Part shown: piece by piece, positions 25,601 to 38,859 of the stretch
Layout of the letters: each line of letters opens with the position of its first letter
How positions within the stretch are numbered: position 1 is the first letter of the stretch
Assembly (NCBI GenBank): GCA_951406725.2
Contig: OX597817.1
Span: 10,044,001-10,108,000, forward strand
Direction of reading: 5' to 3'
Origin: Octopus vulgaris
Taxonomy: Eukaryota
Length of the DNA stretch: 64,000 nt
The notes under the pieces: model-generated
Told to the model about the DNA's origin: nothing
Database searches by the model: none
The model's input: only the letters and a program-made list of their open reading frames with translations
Made by a program: the position numbers and the translations under genes

Positions 25601-27204
25601 AGGGATATTTTTAATGCAGTAGGTTGGAATGTGAAGATAACACTGTCACGACTGGACGAGATTTGAGCAAGAAAATTCAAGAGTTCAGACCTTTAGTGTT
25701 TCACACATCTCCCCTAACTTTTTGATTGTTATTGTACTATTGTCGCAGTGGTATTGTTGACTTCAGCCTTATATCAGTTCCGATTAAGTAGACACACCTA
25801 TGATAAAAAATGTTCGAGCTGTGACCATTCTAATATCTCCAAGATTGTAGGGTTCATATGAAGAAGACATGGCCGTTGTTTCTCAGCAGGTTGAAGTCCT
25901 CGTAGAGGCTTTTTCGTTGATTCGTTGAGTTTTGATGATGATGTGGATGGTGTTGTTGTTTAACTCCAGGTGAGGCCAAATCAAATAATTCCATATTGAA
26001 AGACATTCCATATTGATTCACCTGTCATTTTTTTTTCTGTGTACCCAATACCCTATTACCCAAAACGTCCTTTCTTATTCTGAACATGCTTGGGTAACAT
26101 CTCAAAGAGATTGGTTGCTATTTCAAGCATGGCGAGTGACTGTGTAAAAGATTTACACAGTGTCTTGGCTGAGATTGTTGATTTTGGGACTGTGAATGTT
26201 GAGGATATTGACGATGATGGATTGACAAAGGAAGATGAAAATGAAAAAAATACAATGTTATAGTGGTGGTGGTGGTGGTGGTGGTGGTGTTGGTGGTAGT
26301 TCTGCTGCTAGCGCTATTGGCGGTGGATATGATAATTATCTTCAAGCGTCGTCATTGAACACGCGCGATTTTATAATAATTAATGTTCCCTCACTAATGA
26401 TTCCTATTGATTACTCTTATTGGCCTATGTGTGACAAGGTTATTTTCTGTTTTATTCAAACTATTGCTGTACGATGCGTCAGTGAAGTGCACGAAGTGTG
26501 AGTTGGAATCTACTCTCAGACTGTATCACATTGGTTCAACGCAAACAAGATTAGATGGAAAAAAATGTTTTCGTATACACATAGACCATTACGCTATAAC
26601 AAACGGCCATCTTTAGTTAATTCAACGTCGGTTATTTTTTAAATTAGATTTGTGAAAATAGCGCAGGATAAAGTTGACAGAAATAACATCCAAAATAAAA
26701 TATACTGCATTAATTATTTAAATTAATGTCATCAGGCAGTTGAAGTAGTGGGTGCGCTAAATTGACTGTTTTGTGTCGACTGAGTCACTGTACTAATCAC
26801 ACGATCCAGAATTCAACATGTATAGAGGTAGTTATTTTTTTTTATCACGGAGACTAATGTTATTATGGAGGCATTCCCCATACACATTGCAAAGAAATAA
26901 TCGTACTAGAAAAGAAGGTTTGGCGGTTTGGGAAAACTTACGTGAGTTTGAAACGTTGAAAGTTAGTACTTTAAGAGAACACAAGAAAGACTGGAGATTT
27001 GCAGTTAGAGCGGAACATTATATTCAGAATGACAGACCTATATAATGCTTAACATGGAGCATAGAGAGAGAAAGAAATAGAGAGAGAGAGAGAAAAGAAT
27101 AGCGAAGCTTGAGTAGATAAGGTTTGTTATGAGTAAGTCCAGATGAGTAAAAATTATGACCAGATGAAACGAAAAAGAGTCTTTTCTTTTATCAGGTCTC
27201 AGGG

Positions 27205-27296
27205 GTGCTTTGTTGAAGATTTGAGAATAGTTATCAATAACGATAAATACGTATCCATCGTTATTGATAACTATTCTCAAATCTTCAACGAAGCAC
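27205..27296. repeat. 92-bp near-perfect inverted repeat (40-bp arms)
   Basis: gtgctttgttgaagatttgagaatagttatcaataacgat / atcgttattgataactattctcaaatcttcaacgaagcac. One mismatch, which is a G-U pair on the + transcript; 12-nt loop aaatacgtatcc. Confidence 0.97.
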
Positions 27297-28964
27297 ATTT
27301 TGGCCGCAACTGTATTTGGTCATTTAGAGAGTCAGCAGTTGCAGATGTTAGAAGTAATTTCTCGTTGAGAATTTGGGAATAATAGACATAACTACGATTA
27401 GCAACTTGCTGCAAAGTTGCTGTGCAGGTAGACTCAGGTAAAATGTAATCACTAAGTTCTAATCTAAAATATAGATTTAGTTTACTTAATGTGAATTGTG
27501 CTTATGATAATTTCACCTAAAGTCTCTTAGTTGTTTATTTTAATAGTGTGACTTTTTAGATCATTGAAGAAAGAAGCTGAGAATAGAATAATTGACCAAA
27601 ATCGAATGGATTCCGGCTCTTTACGTTCTCGGTTCAAACCCTGCAAAGGTCAATTTTTCCTTTCATCTATTTGGGACTGATAAAATAAAGTACCAGTAAA
27701 ATACTACAGTCGATGATATCTCTCTCTTAAAAATTGCTGGCATCGTACCAAAACTTTGAAACGTTTGTGACTCAACCAAATTACATATCACGTTAAAGAT
27801 AAAGAGTACACTCACAAATACTTCACGGGACACTAAGATATGTGTTAACTGTCTAACCCAAATCTTAGTTCGTAAACCTTACTGTTTACGTTTTCTGGGT
27901 TTTTTTTTTCTTTTTTCCCCTTCTTATCATAGGTATTAATGTTTCTATGTTTTATGGTAGAGCTCATTTATAATTTGTACAAACATTTCCTCCATGACTT
28001 AAGTTTCTTTTTAAAGTCATCCGCATTTTACAGTAGCTGTTGTCGTTTGTTTACTTGTAGGTCGTTCTTGCTAAAGCATACATTTAAACAAAATGTTCCA
28101 GCTGTGATCGTCTCATTTTTTTTCACAGATTGTTTATCTAATAATACATTATCCAATGTGTCCTTAATCTTCATGACAATTGGAATAATTTAGTGGATAT
28201 TTGGCAGCTGTTTCTAGCAGACTGGGCGATCATATGGGGACTCTCTCCTTGGTTAGTTCTCTACCCAATTCCAAATTACAAATTAAGCACCTTATCTTTA
28301 TTCAAATATCCCCAGAATGTTTCACACATACTTACTTATACTTCAGACCATCAGATAAGAAGGTAAAATGAACTCTAGAAATAACGAACACTTCTCGAAA
28401 CAGTTAAGAGATTAGTCTTGACAGAAAGAAAAGCTGGTGGAAGCAATTCCGATTTTAATGATTTCGTAGTAGATTCTAATTGAAATCACGCAGTGACTTA
28501 CGTTACAACAATCACACCATTAAAATAAACAGCCAGAACAACGCAGTCGAAATATTTTAAGCACAATTTACGTTAAGTAAACTAACTAAACATAATCTGA
28601 GTTTTTTTTCTTTTTCGTTTTGGCACCCATTGGTTTCATTTTTACCGGGGCAACCTACACAGCGACCTCACAGCAAGCTGCTAATCATATTTATCGCCGT
28701 GTGTGAATTAGAACAATTATGTGTCCAAACATAATTCATATCACAGTGGCCTATGTTAAGACGCTCACGTAAGTAACATATTCTCCAAACAATGAGAATA
28801 TTTTCGGTTTGTTATAAATTGAAGTGAATTTAAAATACAATAAAGATAGCAATACGTATACCCCAGCTATGTTATATTCACATTAACTTCTTAGTTTAAT
28901 ACTTAACCTTTGTAGTAGTGCATTCCTTTCAGGGACTTGAGAGGTCACAAAGAAGTCTCTAATC

Positions 28965-29197
28965 TATTTCTTTACTACCTACAAGGGGCCAAACACAGAG
29001 GGGACAAACAAGGACAGACAAACGGATTAAGTCGATTAGATCGATCCCAGTGCGTAACTGGTACTTAATTTATCGACCCCGAAAGGATGAAAGGCAAAGT
29101 CGACCTCGGCGGAATTTGAACTCGGAACGTAACGGCAGACGAAATACGGCTACGCATTTCGCCCGGCGTGCTAAGGTTTCTGCCAGCTCACTGCCTT
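28965..29197 (-). mobile_element. SINE family B, full length
   Basis: Near-identical to 8785-9008. Confidence 0.9.
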
Positions 29198-29289
29198 CAC
29201 ACACAAAATCAGGCCTTGTGTCTATAATAGAAAGGATTATTGTTGTTGTTGATGTTGTTGTTCTTGTTTCAGTGGATGGAAAGTGCTTT

Positions 29290-32074
29290 ACGTAGCATGT
29301 GCGCGGTGCATCGTAGTGCTATCTACATACTATGTTATATGCATTCATATGTTCTGGTGCTTTGGTTATGCCTTTGTCTTTATGTTTTTTAATCATACCC
29401 AATGCATCTAGTATTAAAAGGATAGTTTCTGTTTTTAGACTCCACATTCGAGTGTCCTCTATTTTCAGATCTTTGTATTTTGAGATTCTCCGTTTCTTTT
29501 AGAGGTAAATTGTCACAAGTTGCTATTGATACACTGATTAGATACACCGATTCGATATGCATGCAGTCTTCCATATCTATCAATCCCCTTCCTCTATTTG
29601 CTCTATTTGCTCTCTTTGTGTATAGGCGATCAATGTCTGAACGTGGGCTACACGCATTGTTTGGAGCTTTTTTAATTCCAGTACCATGCCGGACCACTGT
29701 GACTGCGCGCGAGTTTATTGCCGAAATTATGTTTCTAGCATTCAGCTTTGAATGCAATATTTTTCTCATTCGCCGCAAATACTCTTTCTTTGCCTTTTCT
29801 TTAATATCACTATGCTTGATTCCAAGTATTACCAGATTATATCAGGTTCAATTGCCTTCATCATTTAACCACTTGGCATACAGGTTCCTTCTGTAATGAA
29901 AAACTTGTTTCACTATCGCAACACATTTTGAAAGTCCAAACTCCATCTTGTTCCGCACAGAATGGACTAGACTATCCAATTCTCACTCAATTTTTGTGAA
30001 TTACTCCAAATCATTCATAAATAGATCATTGAGCCTTCCTTTTCCACTTCCCAGATCGTACCCGAACTTTGTCTTCCGCGGCATTTCACTCAAAGGAACC
30101 ATTCCCAATGCAGAGGTCAAATGGAATACACTGCACCCCTGGAAAATCCCTCTCCTAATTTTCACTTCCCCTAACACCTGATTCCCTGCTGTCAATTCAG
30201 TTTCCCAACATTTCATTCTGTTCCATATAAGGCTCCTCATATTTTTTGCTACTTCATACATTTTCGTAGTTCTTGTTATCAATGAGTGTGGCAATATCAT
30301 ATATTTTGCTATGCTCAAATGTGTGTAACTTTCATTCCAGTTTCTAATTATTAACTTGTCAACTAATAGCTGATCTTTCGTTCCTCGGCTCCTCTTCCGA
30401 CACTCTTTCTGCTCAGTCGGTAGCAGCCCACATTTTTTTCTAAGTATCCAAACAATTCGCCGACCAAAACAGCTGACAGTTATTTCCACAATAGCGGAAG
30501 ACACGTTGTTGGTCGGAAGGTGGATCACAATGTAACTCTTTTCAAGATGATCTAACATATAATAATGTCTCTCTCTCATTGTCATCCAACTGGGTCCTGA
30601 GCCTTCCTGCAAACATTTATCCAGCTGTTCTGCTATCCTTTCATGGAGCTCTCTCGGCATCTCCATCCGATATCTTTGGCAACCATCCGGTCCCGGTCTC
30701 TTCCAATTTGGTATTTTACTTATCTGTCTTTATCTTTCCGGTATTTATTTTTCTTGTCTTCACTGTACGTTTCTTAACCTATCTTGGATTTCATGCAACC
30801 ACTCCACATTATCATAATGCTCTACTGATTGACCCCAGATTTCCCCACGAAAGGCTCAGCTTTCGTGACATCAAGGGTCAGTGTTATGTATAATTGTCCA
30901 TCTAATTCCTCAAACACTTTTTACTCTGATTGGCTAAAAAGCAATATGCTCTACCTGAATTTTCTTTTATTGCCATTTCTCCAATTCTTCCTTCATTGCT
31001 ACTGCTCTTCGTTTCAATTCTTCGAGTACTTACTCTTTTACTTGTTTCATTTATTTGACTGCAGCCATGCTGGAGCACCGCCTTTAGTCGAGCAACTCGA
31101 CCACGGGACTTATTCTTTTTGTAAGCCCAGTACTTATTCTATCGGTCTCTTTTTGCCGAACCGCTAAGCGACGGGGACATAAACACACCAGCATCGGTTG
31201 TCAAGCAATGCTAGGGGAACAAACACAGACACACAAACACACACACATACATATATATATATATACATATATACGACAGGCTTCTTTCAGTTTCCGTCTA
31301 CCAAATCCACTCACAAGGCATTGGTCGGCCCGGGGCTATAGCAGAACACACTTGCCCAAGATGCCACGCAGAGGGATTGAACCCGGAACCATGTGGTTGG
31401 TTAGCAAGCTACTTACCACACAGCCACTCCTGCGCCTATATTCATATCCTTTATCTTTTATTCTATATTTTCTTTCCAGCCTTATTCTTAACTTTTTATT
31501 TTGCTCTTCCCATCTTTTCAGTCTATCAACTTGTTCCAAATCTCTTTTTAATTTAGTTTCTCACAAATTCGTTTTCATAAGTATGGTTCTTTATGTACTG
31601 TTTGTTCTCTTCTTTTATATCCAACCCTCTCCGTGCTAACCTATGCTGCAACCCTGATAATAATATCTTGTTGGTTTCAATTATATTACCCATCTGAAAT
31701 AGTCGAAGAACAGAATGCTAGGGAATTATGTCACCCGTCACAATCTCTCGTCCGAAATCCCCTAGACTCCACTGCATATCAATTCCATGTGCGGAAAAGG
31801 CTCCCTGGATCCAGGGCCGGTGGATCGGGAACGCCCACGATGGAATTTGCTCTGAGCAACATAAAATGTGTCATGAAGCATTTAAATAATTTGAATTGAA
31901 GAAACAAAACACTAAAAGAATTTGTCCAAACCCAGGCAAAATGTAAATCGTTATTGTCCCGTTCTGACTTCATACTAAAATCCAGACCTGAATTCATGAA
32001 GCTTCCTTATTTGTAATTTTTTTTTTTTAACCAAACCTTCAATTTTCATACGACGAAATCGCCGGAAGTGATCC

Positions 32075-32075
<1 letters not shown>
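29290..32075 (-). mobile_element. Decayed R4/Dong-like (restriction-like endonuclease) non-LTR retrotransposon, interrupted by SINE A
   Basis: RT motifs EQKECRKRSRGTKDQLLVDK, VKIRRGIFQG, LNDLFMNDLE, KLNARNIISAINSRAV, DIDRLYTKR...GRGL, and C-terminal RMWSLKTETI. Many frameshifts; the 5' end abuts (TAA)n. Confidence 0.85.
31029..31436 (-). mobile_element. SINE family A, full length, young
   Basis: Highly similar to the other full copies; inserted within the LINE. Confidence 0.95.
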
Positions 32076-32141
<66 letters not shown>

Positions 32142-32153
32142 TATTATTATTAA

Positions 32154-32525
32154 GGCGGTGAGCTGACAGAATAATTAGTATGCTAGACGAAATGCTTAGC
32201 GGTATTTCGCCTGCCGCTACGTTCTGAGTTCAAATTCCACCGAGGTCGACTTTGCCTTTCATCCTGTCGAGATCGATTAAATAAGTACCAGTTACGCACT
32301 AGGGTCGATGTAATCGACTTAATCCGTTTGTCTGTCCTTGTTTGTCCTCTCTGTGTTTAGCCCCTTGTGGGTAGTAAAGAAATAGGTATTTGTCCCTTTG
32401 CTACGTTCTGGGTTCAAATTCCACCGACGTCCACTTTGCCTTTCATCCTTTCGGGATCGATAAATTAAGTACCAGTGAAATACTGGGGTCGATATAATCG
32501 ACTAGTCCCCGTCCTCCCAAGTAGA
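32154..32525 (+). mobile_element. SINE family B tandem dimer
   Basis: Full unit to about 32384, then a second unit restarting at ggtattt...tacgttctg with an alternative tail. Confidence 0.85.
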
Positions 32526-32544
32526 AAATGCTGTTGTTGTTGTT

Positions 32545-32579
<35 letters not shown>

Positions 32580-32614
32580 AGTTGTTGCTGCTGCTACTGC
32601 TGCTGTTGCTGTTT

Positions 32615-34164
32615 TACTTCTCAGAGCGCTCGGTCTTGTTTGCCCTGATTGATTCTATGACAGCGGACAACAGCCTGTTGTCAAAGATCACACAGAGTCT
32701 CTTTCCGCACATTATAAGCTTTGACACATTGTTGTTAATTATCGTGGGAGATATCCAAGTACCAATCTCAAGATCCTAGTTGTTCCTAGCAGCGCAGATT
32801 TTGGGGCTTGCTCTGCTCTCATGTCAATTCCGATTTCTCAGACATATTTCTCTAACTCAGTCGCTAGTGCTCCGAGTGCCCTTGCAGCTACTGGAATGAC
32901 AGACATTCTCCCCATAGTCCACATAATTGCAATTTCGGCTTTCAGTAGTCTGCATTTTTCAACCTTTTCTAGCTCTATACGTGCATCCCCAGATATTGCA
33001 ATATCTATAATTCTTGGTTTCCCTTTTTCTATTATCTACCACAACAATATTGTCTCCGAGCCTCGATTAAGGAGTCCCATTGGATTGTAAAAGCACACAG
33101 TATCTTATATTCCTTGTTCTCGGTGACCTCTTCTGGTCCATGTTCATACCATTTCTGTGCTCTGTCCAAGCCGTACTTTTCACATAGCCTCCAGTGAACA
33201 AACTTAGTCACATTATCGTGCTTCCTTTTGTAGAGTTTTTGGGTTAGTTTGCTACACTCTCTCACAACATGTGAGATTGTTTCATTTATGCTGCCACACA
33301 TCCTACAAAGTGGTGATTCGCTGTTCTTATCTATTTGGAACTTGGTGTAATTAGTTCTCAGAGCTTGTTCCTGGCCGCTGCATATCAACGTCTCAGTGCA
33401 TCCTTTCAGATGACTTTTTCTTAGCCATCTTTAAATGTTGGTCTTGTCTTTTCTTCCGATTTCTCTGAGGCATCGTCCATGCAGTGATTTCATTTTCCAG
33501 TTGTTTATTCTTTCTTCATCATGTTTCTTAAATATTTCTGGGTGCATCACATTTTCGGTAGGTATTGTATTGTTAATTCTGACAGTGGCAAGCAAGGATT
33601 CACTCTGTTGTTCTGTTTGATGTACCATTCCAGACTCTTTTCGTTGACAACACAGGTCTTGCATCGTTTGAGGCCCCTTTCTCCCTTGTTCTTAGTCACA
33701 TACAACATGTCAGTATCGCTTTTGGTATAGTTTCTGGTTTTCCTGTCCATTTCATCAAGCTCGTTCTTTGTCCACCAAAGAACACCTGCGCCATCTCGCC
33801 TTAAGGAAACATCCATGTGTTCGTTTCCTTGATCCTGATTTTTTCTATTGAGAGTACACCCCATAATTAATTTGGTTCTTCTGAGATATTCTCGCCTAAA
33901 GTTTTCCTTCATTTCACTTTCCTCGAATTTGTCATATTCCAAAAATACCCAGATGCTTATATCCTTTAGTCTCAATACCCTTGATTTTCTCACCGTTGGA
34001 TAGTTCTACAACATCAGACGACACTTCTTTACCTTTTGGCATTATCAGCCTGCCATACTTTTTAGTCCCAAATTCCATTCCGATATCCTTACTGAATATC
34101 TGCACTATTGAAACTAGGTCATTTATTTCACTTTCGGTCGTCTCAAAGAACTTTAAACCATCCA
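32615..34164 (-). mobile_element. 5'-truncated R4/Dong-like LINE (RT 3' part, CCHC finger, restriction-like endonuclease)
   Basis: MDGLKFF...SKDIGMEFGTKK, GYKHLGI, EYLRRTKLI, QEQALRTNY...SPLCRMCGSINETISHVVREC...YKRKHDNV. The 5' junction lies at (TAA)n. Confidence 0.9.
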
Positions 34165-34176
34165 TTATTATTATTA

Positions 34177-34270
<94 letters not shown>

Positions 34271-34289
34271 GTAGTAGTAGTAGTAGTTC

Positions 34290-34786
34290 TCTTTATCACA
34301 GGTTTTGTTGAAGCCCCTGGAATCTTGCATGTGTTGCTGGCTTACGACTTATAGCCTACGGTACGATGCTATTCGTTCTTTTCAGCTATCTAATACTTTC
34401 CTGATAATTCTGGCCGTGCCAAGGAGGCAACATTTTTGTAACAGTTCTACTGGGCACTCTATTCTAATTTCCTTTATATTGCTCTTAATGCCTTCTGATA
34501 CTGTTCCCAAGGATCTAACAATAATTGGCACTACCTTCACCTTCATTTCCCATAACCGGGCTATTTCGTACTTAAGAGGATTGTATATATTTGTTTTTTC
34601 GCCTTCCTTCTTGACTATTCGTGAGTCAAAGAGGCATGCAACATCAACTATAGAGCATATGTGGTGCACTTTGTCCACCACCATTAGGGTCGGTCTGTTA
34701 TGCTCTAGCAATCTGTTTAGATTGGGAAATCCCAGAGGATCTTACTGGTCTCCGATTCCACCACTCTCTGCGGTTTGTGCTCATAC

Positions 34787-34787
<1 letters not shown>
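34290..34787 (-). mobile_element. R4/Dong-like LINE 3' fragment (restriction-like endonuclease domain)
   Basis: HNRPTLMVVDK...IVDVAC...KEGEK..Y..LKYEIARLW...VVPIIVRSLG...LQKCCLLGTARIIRKVL; flanked by (ATT)n and (AGT)n. Confidence 0.9.
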
Positions 34788-34852
<65 letters not shown>

Positions 34853-35450
34853 CAGTCTCAGAAATACATTAAGAGTTTTCCTTCTCCAAAACAAATTAAT
34901 GCATCTTGGAAAATGTATGAAACTATTTAAAGCTGCATGAGATCGCTCTGACAGAATTTACCGAATTTAATACTAATATTTTCTATGGCTATCCTTATTC
35001 ATTGTATGTTAAGGTCATTACAGAAATGATTTTTATAACATTTCGGTTGTACCACTTACAAATAGAGTAAGATACATTCTTTAAATTTTATTTCAGCAAC
35101 TACGTTGAATTAATTCCTTAGCTTTTCAGCTAGCTTCTATACGTTATTATCATCGTTACTACTGCTATATCGATAGAGTACAATATCGTCTTTCTTATCA
35201 TGGAAAGTTATGTGAGGTTTAGTATTTGCTCTGTGATGGCTTATCAGTATGTTAAAGGGATATAACTTCAACTTGCATCAATATATCCCATACATTGTCA
35301 CTTTCTAAAACAGTTTAAGGTTCACATGAACAAATACAGCTTTTTCTTATAGTTGAAATTAGGTGGTGACTTTGGGTACAGAGAATAGCTTTTCTGCAAG
35401 TGTCTATAGGTACATTTTATTCACGCTAGCATGGAATATCTTGATTCAAT

Positions 35451-35452
<2 letters not shown>

Positions 35453-35530
<78 letters not shown>
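35453..35530. repeat. (TG)n microsatellite
   Basis: Direct inspection. Confidence 0.98.
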
Positions 35531-35535
<5 letters not shown>

Positions 35536-37720
35536 TTTCAGAAAATACATCACGCAGGCGCATTTGTCAACTACATTCTAGTAACTATGGATATATTTTA
35601 CACATTTTGAAAGGTGATTGTCTGTTCTTCTTTTGCGTATAATAGTTCCCATTACATAATTCAGTCTTTTATCTGCTTATAAATGCCAACTTTAGTTGTT
35701 TTGTTCATTGTGGGGAGTAAAATGACTACCCTATATATGTACACATGCATACATTTTTCAGAAAACAAGATATGCTTTATGGTTCTTTGCATGATTCCCT
35801 ACCATTTCAAGTGCAGAAACGTTTTCGCTTATTTTAGGTTTAGTCTTTAATTCAATTTCTAGAGAGGATCGTGCTGCTGCAGATATAATAAATTTGCTAC
35901 TTTACAATTCTGTGTTTCCTGGAATGAAGAATTTTATATTACATATTCGTTGGAGTCATGCCCTCATCATGGTTGATGCTTTCACCCGTTTCAGTTTTGT
36001 ACGCTCTAGCCTTCTTCGGGCGTCTTGTGTCTTGCCTGGGATTGAACCTAGAACCTCTGGGTGGCTGCACTTACATTAACTAGCGTCTTTATAAACCTCC
36101 AGAAAATACAGAACTTTGAATTGTGTTTATAGTTGTAAACCTTGGTAAGTTTTTATAACCAGTGTTCATGTTCTTTACTCCATTGCAAGGTACTTTGATA
36201 GCATTTCGCAATATTTTAGTCCGTACTTTTGTCTGAAGATATCGGAAAGGTTTTCTATCATTTCTGACTTTGCAATATTTAGGTCTGCTTTGATTTATAA
36301 GTTAGTTTGGACACATACGCCCGAGAGTGTAGTTTTGGGAGTAATATAATTTATTGCCCAGATTAACACACATCACCTGACCCATGGGTAACTTTAGTGG
36401 AGTCCCGTGTGGTGCAGTCATTTGGGGAAAGCCTCTTCTCTGTGAAGAACTCTCGCTTTGTCCCACTAGTCACAGAAGGCTTGAAAAATCACAGGAGTGT
36501 CGTTCTTCTCCTCTGGTTAAGTCATACAAAAGTATCTTTGTCGGATTTAGTACCTTTAGTTCTCATATGGAAGTATCCAAATTTGTCTAATAAATATAAT
36601 AGTCTATCGAGTCATATCTGTCTTTGTGAGGACTGGACAACCGGAAATTATATGATTGATTGTTTCATATATTGATTGTGTAGCCTATAGTTGACGTTAT
36701 CTTCATGCTTATTATTTTATTTTGGTGGTTTGTATGTGTCTTGGTATAGAAATTGTACAGTCAAAAACAGACCTTCAACCTTTGGTCCGGAGCTTTTGGT
36801 TCTTCGCTTTCAAATTAGTTCACTTCCTTTCTACCTACTCTGAGCTGTCTTGCAGGATACCCTAAAAGGCTTTTCTCTCCCCTTTTCTTCATTATTTTCG
36901 TTTCGATTTTATATTTTTTATTTGCTTATTTTTTCTTTTGTTCGTATCCAAACATTTTCTCTCAGTGTAATTGCCTCCTAGTTTATATATTATTGTAGCT
37001 TATATGTAAAAGTGTTTACTTCTTGTTAGCTTGTTCTTTCCTATTGCCTTATTACACTAATCAGTGTACATTTACTTGCTTCTGGCTATTTTTCTAAACA
37101 CTATGTGGTCAATTGTTTCTGAGTGTATCAGACTCTTTCCTTTTTTTGCACGCTATAGTTATTTTATATCTGCCTATCTATATCAGCTCTTCAAAAAAAC
37201 TAAATGGTTTAAGAATGTAGTGTATAATTTTCTGATTCTAAATTTTTCAGTTCACGTGATTTCCAATTTATTATATTGAAGTTGTAGTTTATGATTGAAA
37301 TGGCGAGTATATTTATACCTATAATCATATATCTGGCGCTGAGTTCAGTTTTTAATATCAGTCTGGCTTCTCTGTGGTAATATTTTCTAATTATCTCCTT
37401 CATTTCTGTCTGTTGCGGCTTATCACCTTCATCTATTCCTAATTACTTGTACGGGTGGTTCTCGACTCGCTCTCTAATTTCACTGTCGAAATCTAACTTA
37501 ATTTTTCAAGTTTTAATTTAATTTTCCCAGTCGTTGAGAAACTCAAGTACACATGTCTAAACCCACGCTCATTCTCATATCTTGGAAAATTTATGTCGTT
37601 TTTGGTTGATTTTTTCCAGAAGACTGTTGATTGTTGTTTATAGTTTTAAATCATCCATCTAACAAAAATCTTTACGGTTTTCCTTCCGGCTGTTTAATTT
37701 TTTAGTTCAATATTCTTATA

Positions 37721-38135
37721 GGCGCAGGAGTGGCTGTGTGGTAAGTAGCTTGTTTACCAACCACATGGTTCCGGGTTCAGTCCCACTGCGTGGCATCTTG
37801 GGCAAGTGTCTTCTACTATAGCCTCGGGCCGACCAAAGCTTTGTGAGTGGATTTGGTAGACGGAAACTGAAAGAAGCCCGTCGTATATATGTATATATAT
37901 ATATATATATATACGTGTGTGTGTTTGTGTGTCTGTGTTTGTCCCCCTAGCATTGCTTGACAACCGATGCTGGTGTGTTTATGTCCCCGTTACTTAGCGG
38001 TTCGGCAAAAGAGACCGATAGAATAAGTACTGGGCTTACAAAAGAATAAGTACCGGGGTCGAGTTGCTCGGTTAAAGGCGGTGCTCCAGCATGGCCGCAA
38101 TCAAATGACTGAAACAAGTAAAAGAGTAAAAGAGT
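37721..38135 (+). mobile_element. SINE family A, full length
   Basis: tRNA-like head GGCGCAGGAGTGGCTGTGTGGTAAG...GGGTTCAGTCCC, then ttgggcaagtg, internal (TA)n/(TG)n and an (AAGAGTA)n tail. Confidence 0.95.
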
Positions 38136-38501
38136 ATATGAGTAGAACGATGGGTACACCCACTTTCTGTTGTAACTACTGTGGCTGCTACATATATTAT
38201 TTTAAATAATCTCATTTTGTTTAATATTGATGTTCATAGAAGCATTGATTTAATTCTTAGATTATTTCCACTTATAAATTATCTTGTCCAATAGATGTAA
38301 ACTTTGCCTTTTATCCTTCCGGGGTCGATCAAACAAAGCACCAGTCAAGTACTAGAGGCAGTTTAATCGACTAACCATCTCCCCACGACATGTTCTCAGT
38401 TCAAATACCGCAAAGGCTGATTTTTCTTTTCATATTTTCGGGTAAATAAAAATAGTACCATTTGAGCACTAGGATCAATGTTATCGACTTGCCGCCTCCC
38501 C

Positions 38502-38729
38502 GGTGAGCTGGCAGAAACGTTAGCACGCCGGGCGAAATGCGTACCCGTATTTCGTCTGCCGTTACGTTCTCAGTTCAAATTCCGCCGAGGTCGACTTTGC
38601 CTTTCATCCTTTCGGGGTCGATAAATTAAGTACCAGTTACGCACTGGGGTCGATGTAATCGATTTAATCCGTTTGCCTGTCCTTGTTTGTCCCCTCTATG
38701 TTTAGCCCCTTGTGGGTAGTAAAGAAATA
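38502..38729 (+). mobile_element. SINE family B inserted in an older B-related copy, 22-bp TSD
   Basis: gttatcgacttgcc(g/a)cctcccc at 38480-38501 and 38730-38751. Confidence 0.9.
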
Positions 38730-38801
38730 GTTATCGACTTGCCACCTCCCCGTAAAATTTCAAACTTGTACAAGAAAGAATTATTATTATTATTATTATC
38801 A

Positions 38802-38859
<58 letters not shown>

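Noticed and set aside
31208-31639. Recurrent ORF family (MLGGQTQT...RLPNPLTR...TTQPLLRL and other frames)
   Set aside because: Antisense translations of SINE A copies, not a gene family.
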